The notes below the pieces were generated by a model. The model made no database searches. It was not told where the DNA came from and saw nothing but the letters and a program-made list of their open reading frames with translations. The position numbers and the translations under genes are program-made. From Candidatus Magasanikiibacteriota bacterium (lineage in GTDB: Bacteria > Patescibacteriota > Patescibacteriia > Magasanikbacterales > UBA922), in the NCBI GenBank assembly GCA_016193335.1, contig JACPSK010000001.1:422962-486961 (forward strand): 64,000 nt of DNA, in the 5' to 3' direction. Every line of letters starts with the position of its first letter. Position 1 is the first letter of the stretch. Positions 30,167 to 40,166 of the stretch are shown here, one piece after another.

Positions 30167-30721
30167 ATGCAAAAAATAATCATAGGCATTGCTGGTGAAA
30201 TGGCATCGGGCAAAACAACCATAACCGAGTATTTAAAAAAAAAATACAACGCGAGCACGTTTAGATTTTCAGATATTTTAAGAGACGTTCTCAAAAGAAT
30301 CTGGGTAGAACCGAACCGGAGCAATCTTCAAGATCTTTCCACCTTTTTACGCGGTCGTTTTGGAGAAGATCTCTTGTCAAAAGTGCTGGCCAAGGACGTC
30401 CGCGAATCCAAGGCAGCTTTCATTATCACCGAAGGCATCAGACGCCCGAGCGACATTGTATATTTGAAAAAAAACAAACATTTTTATCTTATAGCTCTCG
30501 AAGCCGATGAACGCACGCGCTTTGAACGCATCAGCGCGCGTTCGGAAAATCCGGACGATCAAAACAAGACATGGAAAGCTTTCAAAAAAGAGGGCGAACA
30601 AGAATCCGAACAAAAAATCAGAAGAGTTATGAAAGAAGCGGACTTCACTATAGACAACAACGGAAATCTGAAATCTTTATACGAGCAAACCAAAAAAATC
30701 GTCTCAAGCATAATGCGCTAA
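30167..30721 (+). CDS. P-loop nucleoside/nucleotide kinase (dNK/CoaE-like); specific substrate not assignable
   Basis: Walker A motif GEMASGKTT; lies between the dCMP deaminase and dut. Confidence 0.55.
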   Translation: MQKIIIGIAGEMASGKTTITEYLKKKYNASTFRFSDILRDVLKRIWVEPNRSNLQDLSTFLRGRFGEDLLSKVLAKDVRESKAAFIITEGIRRPSDIVYLKKNKHFYLIALEADERTRFERISARSENPDDQNKTWKAFKKEGEQESEQKIRRVMKEADFTIDNNGNLKSLYEQTKKIVSSIMR

Positions 30722-30750
30722 GCAAAAATCAAAAACATAATGGAAATCGT

Positions 30751-31182
30751 ATGCGAGTAAAAATTAAACGAGTCGATTCGAGTTTGCCCTTACCCGAATA
30801 TCATACCGAAGGATCGGTGGCATTTGACATCTATACCAGAGAAGAAACCACTATAGAGCCCCATTCATTTGCCGTTGTACCCGGCAACTTTATCTTAGAA
30901 ACTCCGCCCGGCCATATGCTGGTGATAGCCGCCCGATCAAGTTCAGCGAAGAAAAAGGGGCTCAGCATGAGAAACGGCATAGGAATAATAGACCAGGATT
31001 ATTGCGGCAATGAGGACGAGATACATATCATGCTCCAAAATTTAACGTCTGATCCTGTAAGCGTAAGCCGGGGAGAACGCCTGGCACAGGGCGTATTCGT
31101 GAAGATAGAAAAAGCCGATTGGCAAGAAGTGGATAGTATGGCAAAAACCAACAGAGGCGGTTTTGGAAGCACCGGTTCATAA
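30751..31182 (+). CDS. dut: dUTP diphosphatase
   Basis: ARSSSA, GIIDQDYCG and RGGFGSTG. The start is taken at MRVKIKR, not the upstream in-frame ORF. Confidence 0.9.
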   Translation: MRVKIKRVDSSLPLPEYHTEGSVAFDIYTREETTIEPHSFAVVPGNFILETPPGHMLVIAARSSSAKKKGLSMRNGIGIIDQDYCGNEDEIHIMLQNLTSDPVSVSRGERLAQGVFVKIEKADWQEVDSMAKTNRGGFGSTGS

Positions 31183-31188
31183 CTTTGT

Positions 31189-31362
31189 ATGACAAAATAT
31201 ATCACAAACATTATGCGGATTTTTGCCAAGGCCTTTGATCGTTTTCAAAAAAAAGACCTGGAAATCAAACGCGAAGCTCGCGCCATTTATGAACAAGAGA
31301 TACAAAATACTGAAAAACAAAATCTCGAACATATTAGAAAAAAAATAGACTCTTTATCTTAA
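31189..31362 (+). CDS. possible 57-aa small protein (below the track threshold)
   Basis: ATG…TAA ORF read by hand (MTKYITNIMRIFAKAFDRFQKKDLEIKREARAIYEQEIQNTEKQNLEHIRKKIDSLS). Confidence 0.25.
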   Translation: MTKYITNIMRIFAKAFDRFQKKDLEIKREARAIYEQEIQNTEKQNLEHIRKKIDSLS

Positions 31363-31372
31363 CCAAACATGT

Positions 31373-33991
31373 ATGGCAGCACTTTTCAGAAGAAGGGAAT
31401 CTGTACCAGAACCGCATACTGAACCAGCCGAGAACGATGGCGGAGATTTCGACGCGGACACAAAAAAATGGTTCGCGGAATTTGAGGGTGATAATCCGTA
31501 TGCCAAACCGGGCATGATGGCCAAAGTAGCCGCGTCGGACAGAGCAGACGCAGAATACAGGGCAAGAATGAAGGCTCCTGAACCAAAAAAAATGCGCGAG
31601 CCAAACAGACTGGCCAAATTTTTGGGCCTGGGAGTCTTGAGAAATTGGGAAAAAGAAGCTGCGTGGCTTGAAGAGCAGGAAAAGATGAACAGAGAAACAG
31701 CGGAACGCATAGCCGCTGAGCATACGGTGGAACAAAATCTTAAAAGGGCCGGCGAAGAGGCCGAAGAGACTCAAGCGGCCCTAAGACAAGCTCAAGGTAA
31801 GGCTGGTGAAGGAACCCCCGGGGCTCTGCGCCTCCGTGTATTATCTGGGGAAGCAAGACAAAATAAAAGAGCTCTAACATTTGCGGCCAGGAATGCCAGG
31901 GCAGAGCTTAGAATGGTAAGACCGGTAGACCCCAAAAGCGTCCCCGAGAAACGTATTCAAGAGCTTCTCGACGAGGCTGAAGACGAAGATACACTTTCCT
32001 ACGGCCAAGACGGGCATATGCCTTTTGAGTCTTCAGGACAAAAACCAAAAGCAGAAGATACTCAACAAGCCAACGCAGAAAACGCCGAAGACCCAGCTCT
32101 GGAAACTGTAAAAGCAGAGCTCTTGGCCATGTTTAAGGCGGAAGAAAACGAAGGTGTGCATCCTGAAGTCTTGGCAGACGATATAGTAAAGAGTGATTTT
32201 GTGCTTGGGGATCCTGAGCAGGCTCTCAAAGCTCTCTCTGATACCATTAGTGGACTCAAAAAAGGATTGCTAAAAAGAGGCATACGCGTAAGTGAGGAAG
32301 GCACCGTACTTCTTGATAAAGGATCCACGCGAGAAAAGCATCGGGAATATGAAAAACACAGAAAAACAGTGGATTGGCTGCAGGCTCTGATACTTGCGAA
32401 GGAGAAACTGGAGGCTAAGCAAGATACAGATGTGGCGGCTGGTGAAGATGACGATGACCAGCAAGAAAATCAAAATGCAGAATCAGATAATGCAAGAACA
32501 AGCGACAGAAAAAGTGAGGAAACTGAAGAGGGCGAAGGCGCGGAAAAAACTCTAACAGCAGAAGATCTCCTCGCGCAGATTGACATGGACGGAGAGCTCG
32601 TGGATGTGGTGCACCAACTGGCAAAGTTCGACGCATTGGACACTTCCAACACCGCAGGCCGACACCATGTTGATGATCTAATTGCCGAATTAAAAATAGA
32701 TCTTGAAGACCAAGGATATGAATTCGATGAAACAGGAGCAATAAAGCTTGATGATGAATCGAACCCAGTAACCGGAATAAAATACAAAAATCCCGATGAT
32801 AAAGGAAAAATAAAACTTCTACAAGGCTTATACGAAATGAGAGAACTCGAATCTTCTTCTCGCAAACAAAACGACGCCGTGGGATACGGCGAAGGCCAAG
32901 AATTTCCTTTTGATTCTTCCACTCCGGAAGAATATATAGGAAAAGAAGCGGACGAAGACGTTAAAAGACTCGCCTTGCGGATAAAAAACATGAAAAAAAT
33001 ATCAAATCCGCATGAAGGTCTTAAACGCAGGATCGCGGAGTTGCAGGGAGAACTGAGAGATTTAAAAAAAGGCAAAAAGAAAAAAACAGACCCGGAAAAA
33101 CCTCAAGCTACCCTTCACGAACAAACAGATATAGCAAGAGATGGAGAAGATGGAAACAGACCTTCAGAACTTGCGCCAGACCTGTCTGTTGAAAACGCTC
33201 AAGGAGACCATACGGAAGAAGACCCGAAAGAAATTGCTCTACGAAAGGTAAAAGCAGAGCTCTTGGCCATGTTTAAGGATGGGGATAATGAAGGCGTGCA
33301 TCCTGAAGTATTGGCAGGCGATATATTGGACAGTGATTTTATGCTAGAGGATCCCAAACTCGCGCTTGAGGCAGTGTCTGACTCAATTAGTGGTCTGAAA
33401 GATGGTCTCTTGAAAAGAGGCATACGAGTAAGTGACGAAGGAGCTGTCCTGCTTGATAAAGGATCTACCCGCGAACAAAACCCGAAGCACGAAAAACACA
33501 GAAAAACAATAGATTGGTTACAGGCTTTTATTAAGGTAAAAGAAAAACTAGAAAGACAATTGCAAAATCAAAACGACAAAGCCACAGCCTACGGCGAAGA
33601 CGGAGAAATGCCTTTCGAATCTCCAAAACTAAGCTTAGACGAGCGGATAAAACGGCTTACTCTGCGCGTAGAAACCATGAAAAAAATAACAAAGAAACCA
33701 CATGAAGGTCTTAAACGCAGGATCGCGGAATTGGAAGAGAGATTGGAAGCACTCAAAATGAAAAAAACAAAAGAAAAAGAAACCCAAGAACCTAAATCAG
33801 AACTTGCAGGCCGCCAAAAACCCCGAAGTACAAAGAAAGACGATATCCGAGCTCTTGGAGAAGAAATACAAAAATTGGATATCGAAGAGTTGGCCGAACG
33901 GCATAGAAACCCGCGGCGTGCCTTAGTCAGACAAAGCGGACCAAAAAGAGGGGCAGATGGAGACAAGGATACGCTTAAAAAAGCGGCCTGA
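31373..33991 (+). CDS. hypothetical 872-aa acidic, charge-rich protein with internal ~107-aa and ~60-aa repeats
   Basis: Two ~320-bp DNA repeats (32095-32415 and 33235-33555, ~80% identical), plus PHEGLKRRIAEL-containing repeats. No signal peptide and no family recognised. Confidence 0.6.
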   Translation: MAALFRRRESVPEPHTEPAENDGGDFDADTKKWFAEFEGDNPYAKPGMMAKVAASDRADAEYRARMKAPEPKKMREPNRLAKFLGLGVLRNWEKEAAWLEEQEKMNRETAERIAAEHTVEQNLKRAGEEAEETQAALRQAQGKAGEGTPGALRLRVLSGEARQNKRALTFAARNARAELRMVRPVDPKSVPEKRIQELLDEAEDEDTLSYGQDGHMPFESSGQKPKAEDTQQANAENAEDPALETVKAELLAMFKAEENEGVHPEVLADDIVKSDFVLGDPEQALKALSDTISGLKKGLLKRGIRVSEEGTVLLDKGSTREKHREYEKHRKTVDWLQALILAKEKLEAKQDTDVAAGEDDDDQQENQNAESDNARTSDRKSEETEEGEGAEKTLTAEDLLAQIDMDGELVDVVHQLAKFDALDTSNTAGRHHVDDLIAELKIDLEDQGYEFDETGAIKLDDESNPVTGIKYKNPDDKGKIKLLQGLYEMRELESSSRKQNDAVGYGEGQEFPFDSSTPEEYIGKEADEDVKRLALRIKNMKKISNPHEGLKRRIAELQGELRDLKKGKKKKTDPEKPQATLHEQTDIARDGEDGNRPSELAPDLSVENAQGDHTEEDPKEIALRKVKAELLAMFKDGDNEGVHPEVLAGDILDSDFMLEDPKLALEAVSDSISGLKDGLLKRGIRVSDEGAVLLDKGSTREQNPKHEKHRKTIDWLQAFIKVKEKLERQLQNQNDKATAYGEDGEMPFESPKLSLDERIKRLTLRVETMKKITKKPHEGLKRRIAELEERLEALKMKKTKEKETQEPKSELAGRQKPRSTKKDDIRALGEEIQKLDIEELAERHRNPRRALVRQSGPKRGADGDKDTLKKAA

Positions 33992-34002
33992 AATTTTATA
34001 TT

Positions 34003-34875
34003 ATGAGAGCGTATCTCGATATAGTCGACAAAATTTTAAAAGAAGGAAAAGAAAAAAAAGACAGAACAGGCGTGGGCACCCTGGCCGTGGCCGGAGCCAT
34101 GTTTGAGCATGACATGGCAAAAGGTTTTCCTCTTCTCAGCACCAAAAAAATGCCTTTTAAAATCATAGCCACTGAACTTGAATTTTTCATAAAAGGCATC
34201 ACAGACAAACAGTGGCTGCAAGAGCGGGGCAACCATATTTGGGACGAATGGGCGCATCCCAAAAAAGCTCCTTATGGACATGACGAAGCATCAAGAAAAC
34301 GGATGGCCGAAGAAAGAGATTTGGGAGCGGTGTATGGTTTTCAATGGCGGCATTACAATGCTCTATACCAAAATTATGATTCCGATTACTCGGGCCAGGG
34401 AGTGGACCAGCTCAGATACGTAACAGACACGCTCAAAAAAAATCCAAACGACAGACGCATGATCGTATGCGCATGGAATCCTTCCATGCTCAATGAGATG
34501 GCTTTGCCGCCTTGCCACTTTGTGTTTCAGGTGACCGTAATAGAAAACCGATTGAATCTTATGTGGAACCAACGTTCGGTGGATCTTATGCTCGGTCTGC
34601 CCTTTAACATAGCAAGCTATGCTTTATTACTACATCTTCTGGCAAAAGACGCTGGCCTAAAAGAAGGCAGACTCGTTGGCTTCTTGGGCGATGTACATAT
34701 ATATCTCAATCACATTGAGGGAGCCAAAGAACAACTTTCAAGGGACCCTGGGACACATCCCCTCTGTTCAATTGAAACCCAGCCTTTTACTTCGATATTC
34801 GACTGGCAAGCAGAGCATACAAAACAAATCGGGTACACCAGCTATCCAAAAATCAGCTTTGAAATAGCGATATAA
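34003..34875 (+). CDS. thyA: thymidylate synthase
   Basis: RTGVGTLAVAG, a catalytic Cys (PPCH) and DLMLGLPFNIASYALL. Confidence 0.95.
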   Translation: MRAYLDIVDKILKEGKEKKDRTGVGTLAVAGAMFEHDMAKGFPLLSTKKMPFKIIATELEFFIKGITDKQWLQERGNHIWDEWAHPKKAPYGHDEASRKRMAEERDLGAVYGFQWRHYNALYQNYDSDYSGQGVDQLRYVTDTLKKNPNDRRMIVCAWNPSMLNEMALPPCHFVFQVTVIENRLNLMWNQRSVDLMLGLPFNIASYALLLHLLAKDAGLKEGRLVGFLGDVHIYLNHIEGAKEQLSRDPGTHPLCSIETQPFTSIFDWQAEHTKQIGYTSYPKISFEIAI

Positions 34876-34877
34876 AT

Positions 34878-35351
34878 ATGTCCATATCTCTCATCGCGGC
34901 TGTGTCCAAAAATAATTGCATCGGAAAAAATGGCGAGCTCCCTTGGCATATTCCCGAAGATATGAAGCATTTTAAAGAAAAAACAATGGACACTGTGGTT
35001 ATAATGGGTAGAAAAACCTGGGAATCCATACCCGAAAAATTCAGGCCTCTCAAAGGACGCAAAAATGTTGTTATTACCAGACAAGATCAATATCCTGCTC
35101 CGCTTGGAGTGGAGATACACCATAGTCTGGACAAGGCTTTGGAAGCTCACCGAAATGAAAAAATTGCCATTATCGGCGGCGGCCAAATGTATGATCTGAG
35201 TATTGATAAAGCAAATCTGCTCTATATCACTCATGTGGACCGTGTAGTGGAAGGAGACACCTTTTTCCCTGATATTGACAAGAATGCGTGGAGAGAGACA
35301 GAGCGAGAAAACAGAGAAGGATTTTCCTTTGTAACATATGAAAGAATATGA
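34878..35351 (+). CDS. folA: dihydrofolate reductase
   Basis: ISLIAAVSKNNCIGKNGELPW, VIMGRKTW and IIGGGQMY. Confidence 0.9.
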   Translation: MSISLIAAVSKNNCIGKNGELPWHIPEDMKHFKEKTMDTVVIMGRKTWESIPEKFRPLKGRKNVVITRQDQYPAPLGVEIHHSLDKALEAHRNEKIAIIGGGQMYDLSIDKANLLYITHVDRVVEGDTFFPDIDKNAWRETERENREGFSFVTYERI

Positions 35352-36025
35352 AAGGATTGTTCATCATGATAGAAGGGACGGACGGCTCAGGAAAAACCGT
35401 TCAGACCGAACTTCTCAGCGAACGCATCAAAAAAAACGGCCGCCGCGTTGAATTGATCAGTTTCCCTCAATACGGAAAACGCAGCGCCGCTCTTGTGGAA
35501 GATTATTTAACCGGTAAATTCGGCAAAGCCGAAGAAGTGGGGCCTTACCGCGCCTCTATTTTTTATGCTTGCGACCGCTACGCCGCGAGCGAACAGATAC
35601 GACAATGGATCAGAGAAGGATCAATTGTCATAGCAAACCGTTATGTGGCCTCAAATTTAGGCCACCAAGGCGGGAAAATTAAAGATAAAAAAGAGCGGAG
35701 GCGTTATTACGAATGGGATTATCATATAGAATATGATATTTTCAAAATCCCTAAGCCTGACGTCAATATCATATTGCATGTCACGCCCGAAATATCTCAG
35801 TCGCTCGTGGATAAAAAAGAAGCCCGCGCCTATCTGAAAGGAAAAAAGAGAGACATCCACGAAGAAGATCTCGAACACCTGGAAGACGCGGAACAAGCGT
35901 ATTTGGAGATAGCAAAATTGTTCCCTGAATTCAAACTCATTGAATGCGTGGAGTCCGGCTCCATACTTCCCGTTGAGCGCGTACAAGAACATATTTGGGA
36001 TTACGTACGCCCATATATCGAGTAA
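35348..36025 (+). CDS. tmk: thymidylate kinase
   Basis: FIMIEGTDGSGKTVQ. It overlaps folA by 4 nt. Confidence 0.9.
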   Translation: MKGLFIMIEGTDGSGKTVQTELLSERIKKNGRRVELISFPQYGKRSAALVEDYLTGKFGKAEEVGPYRASIFYACDRYAASEQIRQWIREGSIVIANRYVASNLGHQGGKIKDKKERRRYYEWDYHIEYDIFKIPKPDVNIILHVTPEISQSLVDKKEARAYLKGKKRDIHEEDLEHLEDAEQAYLEIAKLFPEFKLIECVESGSILPVERVQEHIWDYVRPYIE

Positions 36026-36096
36026 AAATACCGTCGTTTTATTGTTGGAGCAGACCATCTGTGCTATACTAAGAATACTTATATTTATAAAATCCT

Positions 36097-36873
36097 ATGC
36101 TTATAACAGCACGCGATTTGGTGATACAGAGTTTCCTCCTGTACAAAAAACATTGGAAACTCATGTTTCAATTTTTGGGGCTTCTCTTTATCCCCTACTC
36201 CGTACTCGGAGTTTTGGGAAGCATTATCAAGCCGGTTGTAAGCCAAAGTTCAAGCTCTCTAGTATCAGCCGGTTTCGGAGTTGGGTACACGGTGCTCGTG
36301 GTCATTGCTTCAATTATCGGTTTTTGGATTTCAATAGCTTTGACAAAAGCAATAGCTGAAATCTACAGAAATGAAAAAGAGCAGCCCAAAACAAGCGAAG
36401 AACTCGCCGATGCCAAACCTTTTGTATGGCCGGCTATATTGGCCATTGTTCTTGGAGCTCTGGCCATAATAGGTGGCTTTTTATTATTAATAATACCAGG
36501 GGTTATATTGGCGCTTTGGTTCATCTTCTCCATCGAAGCAGTCATTCTAGACGGAAGAAAATCTCCGAAAGAAGCTCTCAAAGCAAGCCGGGAACTCTCT
36601 AGGGGCCGCTTTTGGGCGGTGCTTTGGAGATTGGTGGCGCCTTGGATCGTTTTTGGACTCATAGCTTTTATACCACAGCAATTATTAAAAATAATGCTTG
36701 TCCTTATAAAACAAAATATCGCGCTCGGGTCTTTCGAATATTTCATCAGTATGAACGCTCTGCAGATATTGCTTATCATCGTAAGCCTCTTGCTTACTCC
36801 GCTTACGGTATGCGCCAAAACCATTTTGTATCTCGAACTCCGAGATACTCAGCTTCCAAAATTAAAAAAATGA
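36097..36873 (+). CDS. hypothetical polytopic membrane protein
   Basis: Multiple hydrophobic helices. Similar in architecture to the protein encoded at 58887..59879. Confidence 0.45.
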   Translation: MLITARDLVIQSFLLYKKHWKLMFQFLGLLFIPYSVLGVLGSIIKPVVSQSSSSLVSAGFGVGYTVLVVIASIIGFWISIALTKAIAEIYRNEKEQPKTSEELADAKPFVWPAILAIVLGALAIIGGFLLLIIPGVILALWFIFSIEAVILDGRKSPKEALKASRELSRGRFWAVLWRLVAPWIVFGLIAFIPQQLLKIMLVLIKQNIALGSFEYFISMNALQILLIIVSLLLTPLTVCAKTILYLELRDTQLPKLKK

Positions 36874-36913
36874 AAAAAGAATGGTAACCATGCAACGCGC
36901 AAAAAATACCATA

Positions 36914-36939
36914 CAAAAAACCGCTCAGGCGGTTTTTTA
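36914..36939 (+). terminator. intrinsic terminator
   Basis: aaaaaaccgc-tcag-gcggtttttt. Confidence 0.6.
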
Positions 36940-37052
36940 CATATCTGAGGATCTCTTGCAATTCCGCTCTTTTCATCCAAAAGTCTTCGTGTTACCATAC
37001 ATACGCCTTTTGTCCGAATTTGATCTGAATTCAGGGGGAATTTACTTTTGAA

Positions 37053-38639
37053 ATGAGCCCTAATATGAAAACTATGGAAACACAATACACTACTATTATA
37101 GGCATGGAGGTCCATGTTGAGCTCAAAACTGAAAGCAAAATGTTTTGTTCCTGCAAAAACACTCCTGACTCGGGAGAACCCAATAGCTCTATTTGCGAAA
37201 TCTGCACGGCTCAGCCCGGCAGTCTTCCGGTCCCGAACCGAAAAGCAGTGGAATGGACTGTCCTTATTGGCCGAAGCCTTGGCTGTACTATTCGCGAAAT
37301 TTCCAAATTCGACCGGAAGCATTATTTTTATCCTGATCTGCCAAAAGGCTATCAAATATCACAGTACGACGAACCGATCGCCGAACAAGGAAAGATCGAA
37401 CTCTCATTTCCTGTTGAAGAAAACATACGGCCGAACGCCAAGATAGGCATCCACAGGGTTCATCTCGAAGAAGACACAGCGAAATTACTGCACAACAATA
37501 AGAAAGAAACTCTCGTGGATTTCAATAGAGCGGGAACGCCTCTCGTGGAAATCGTTACTGATCCTGATTTCAAAACAGCCGTAGAAGCCAAAACCTATTG
37601 TCAGGAATTACAAATGATCATGCGCTACTTAAAAGTGAGCGACGCTGACATGGAAAAAGGGCATATGCGCTGTGAAGCCAATGTTTCAGTCCAAAAAGCC
37701 GGAACATTCGAGATTGTAGACGGAATAGTGAGAGCTCTGGGAGACCATAAACTCAACAATAAAGTGGAATTGAAAAACATAAATTCATTCAGAGCCGTGG
37801 AGCGCGCGATTGATTATGAGATAGCTCGACAAATCTCCCTGCTAGAACAAAAAAAAACCTGGGAACAGCAGACGCGAGGCTGGGACGAAGACAAACAAGA
37901 AACCGTATTGCAACGCGTTAAAGAAAATGCCGAGGATTATAGATATTTCCCCGAACCGGACATCCCGCCTTTTCACCCGGCCACCATGGGTGCAGAGAAT
38001 CCTTTGCCAGAACTCCCCCAAGCCCGCAGAGCTCGTTTTCATGAAGAATTCGGTTTTTCTTACGCGAATTCCAAACTCCTGAGTGCAGATCCTCGTTGGG
38101 CCGATTTTACCGAACAAGTCATGACAGAAATGGTAGACTGGCTCTACTCTCTCCCTGAAATGAAAAAAGAAACCAGCGACGAAATCCGAGAAAATAAAAA
38201 AAATAAAATCGCCCGTCTGGCCGGCGGATGGCTAACCAGCAAATTGATGGGTTTCATGAATGAACGCAAAATTGATATTAAAATACTAAAAATAAAACCT
38301 GAAAACTTCGCCGAATTGATAGCCTTGATATACGCCGAACGGGTCAATTCCACCAATGCCCAAAAAATCCTCATCGAAATGCTGGACTCCGGGGTTGATT
38401 CAGATCCTTCTCACATTATGGAAGAAAAAGGCTACGGACAAGTCTCAGACGAGGTGACGATTGAAAATCTGGTCAAAGAAGTGATACAAAACTATCCAAA
38501 ACAAGTTGAAGAATTCAAATCCGGGAAAGAGCCTGTGTTGAAATTCCTTGTGGGCATGGCAATGAAGGCCACGGAAGGCAGCGCTGATCCGAAAATAGTG
38601 GAAAAAAAACTCAGAGAGAAGCTACAAGATCTTATATAA
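37053..38639 (+). CDS. gatB: aspartyl/glutamyl-tRNA amidotransferase subunit B
   Basis: IGMEVHVEL and VDFNRAGTPLVEIV; a C-terminal GatB/YqeY domain. The start may be 37074. Confidence 0.9.
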   Translation: MSPNMKTMETQYTTIIGMEVHVELKTESKMFCSCKNTPDSGEPNSSICEICTAQPGSLPVPNRKAVEWTVLIGRSLGCTIREISKFDRKHYFYPDLPKGYQISQYDEPIAEQGKIELSFPVEENIRPNAKIGIHRVHLEEDTAKLLHNNKKETLVDFNRAGTPLVEIVTDPDFKTAVEAKTYCQELQMIMRYLKVSDADMEKGHMRCEANVSVQKAGTFEIVDGIVRALGDHKLNNKVELKNINSFRAVERAIDYEIARQISLLEQKKTWEQQTRGWDEDKQETVLQRVKENAEDYRYFPEPDIPPFHPATMGAENPLPELPQARRARFHEEFGFSYANSKLLSADPRWADFTEQVMTEMVDWLYSLPEMKKETSDEIRENKKNKIARLAGGWLTSKLMGFMNERKIDIKILKIKPENFAELIALIYAERVNSTNAQKILIEMLDSGVDSDPSHIMEEKGYGQVSDEVTIENLVKEVIQNYPKQVEEFKSGKEPVLKFLVGMAMKATEGSADPKIVEKKLREKLQDLI

Positions 38640-38663
38640 ATAAATTTCGACAAATAATATCTT

Positions 38664-40103
38664 ATGAGACGTCGTGAATTCTTAAAAGGATTAGGGGCCG
38701 GAGCAGCTACTCTATTTTTTACTGGTGACAAAGATAACAAACCAACTCCAGCGCCAATGGAGTCCGAAACCGAGAATGAGAGAGAAAGACCTTTTAGTTA
38801 CAGTGACTTTCTGGAAGGACGCCCTGAATTTTCAAAAAACGCGGCATTGTCTGAACGCGTAGAACAAGCATGGGGAGACGGCACGGCCCTGCTCGATTAT
38901 GTGGCTGATCGCATTCCAGCTGTCATGTCCATTGATTTCCCAAAATCCAAACCTATCAACGAGCTCCTACGCAAAAATTATCCGAAAGTCGTCCCTAACA
39001 TTTTTCTGCAAGACCAGGCTGAAAATGAACTAAGACAAATAGGCCAATGGCTCAGTCTCCTCGCACATATTGCTGGCGCAGAAAGACCATACACGCCAAA
39101 GCTTGTGGACCAGGTGCTTGATTATCTCTACCAAAATAGGGGAACGGGCTTGGCTGATAGAAGTGAAAGTCACATCATGTCGCTCGAAGGCGAACTCGCT
39201 GAACATGCGCCGCAAGACTCTCGCCTACTGTCTCTCATCGAGCAAAGATACAAACAAGGAATTTCAAGCTCTTCGGGTAGTAATGACGACAGTGTTTGGC
39301 ACACAGAGGACGCCAGATTTCCAAGCACACCAGAATTAAGCTGGCTTATGGCCACAGCCGCTCGTTTGCATATGGGGTATGATGAAAAAAAATTTCGTTT
39401 AGTAGAAGAACTCGCTTACGACTTTGATACTGAAGGCAGACAAATATTCAATAACCGAATACCCGAAGTACAGGCATCACCACGAGATTTGGCTGAAGTG
39501 GCATTATACTATATGACTCCTCCAAAAAGTGAGTCAGATCGGCGACGTATTACCATGTCCGGAAATTGGGGCTTTATTGAACATGGCGCCCACGTTGTCC
39601 ATGGAGGACTGCTTCTTTTAGGAACTTACCAAAAAGAAATGGCTGATCGTGATCCTGAACTGCTCAAAAATTTACGCGCTCAGACTTACGAATCGATAAA
39701 AGAGATACTTTTCTATCGTCATTCAGACTCTATTAAAGACAAAAATAAACCTAACCAACAACGAGCGCACGAAGATTACCTCTACGGCGGCCACTTACTG
39801 CAAGCCGTGCTTGATGAACAAGCTGGCGCTATTTTTGAGATACAGGGTGAATTTTTCACCGCTCAGCAAGTCTATACCAAATACGGATCAGAGATTGCAG
39901 AACATGCGGAAAAAATAACAAAAAGTGAAAAACCTGTCACAGACTATGACGCGCTTGATGTATTAGCCACCATCGCAGATCTAGCCGCAAGCGACCTCAG
40001 ACCTGTCGTAGAACACAGCACAGCATCAAAAAGTTCGGTACCTTTTTATGTCGGCCACACCATAGCCGGGCTCAATAGATTAAGGGAAATTATAAAAAAA
40101 TAA
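38664..40103 (+). CDS. hypothetical secreted protein with a twin-arginine signal
   Basis: MRRREFLKGLGAGAATLFF (an RRxFLK Tat motif). No domain recognised. Confidence 0.5.
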   Translation: MRRREFLKGLGAGAATLFFTGDKDNKPTPAPMESETENERERPFSYSDFLEGRPEFSKNAALSERVEQAWGDGTALLDYVADRIPAVMSIDFPKSKPINELLRKNYPKVVPNIFLQDQAENELRQIGQWLSLLAHIAGAERPYTPKLVDQVLDYLYQNRGTGLADRSESHIMSLEGELAEHAPQDSRLLSLIEQRYKQGISSSSGSNDDSVWHTEDARFPSTPELSWLMATAARLHMGYDEKKFRLVEELAYDFDTEGRQIFNNRIPEVQASPRDLAEVALYYMTPPKSESDRRRITMSGNWGFIEHGAHVVHGGLLLLGTYQKEMADRDPELLKNLRAQTYESIKEILFYRHSDSIKDKNKPNQQRAHEDYLYGGHLLQAVLDEQAGAIFEIQGEFFTAQQVYTKYGSEIAEHAEKITKSEKPVTDYDALDVLATIADLAASDLRPVVEHSTASKSSVPFYVGHTIAGLNRLREIIKK

Positions 40104-40166
40104 ATTCAATATTTTATTTTATATGACGAAGCGACCCTGCGCAAGGATCGCTTTCTGTTTGCCCCC

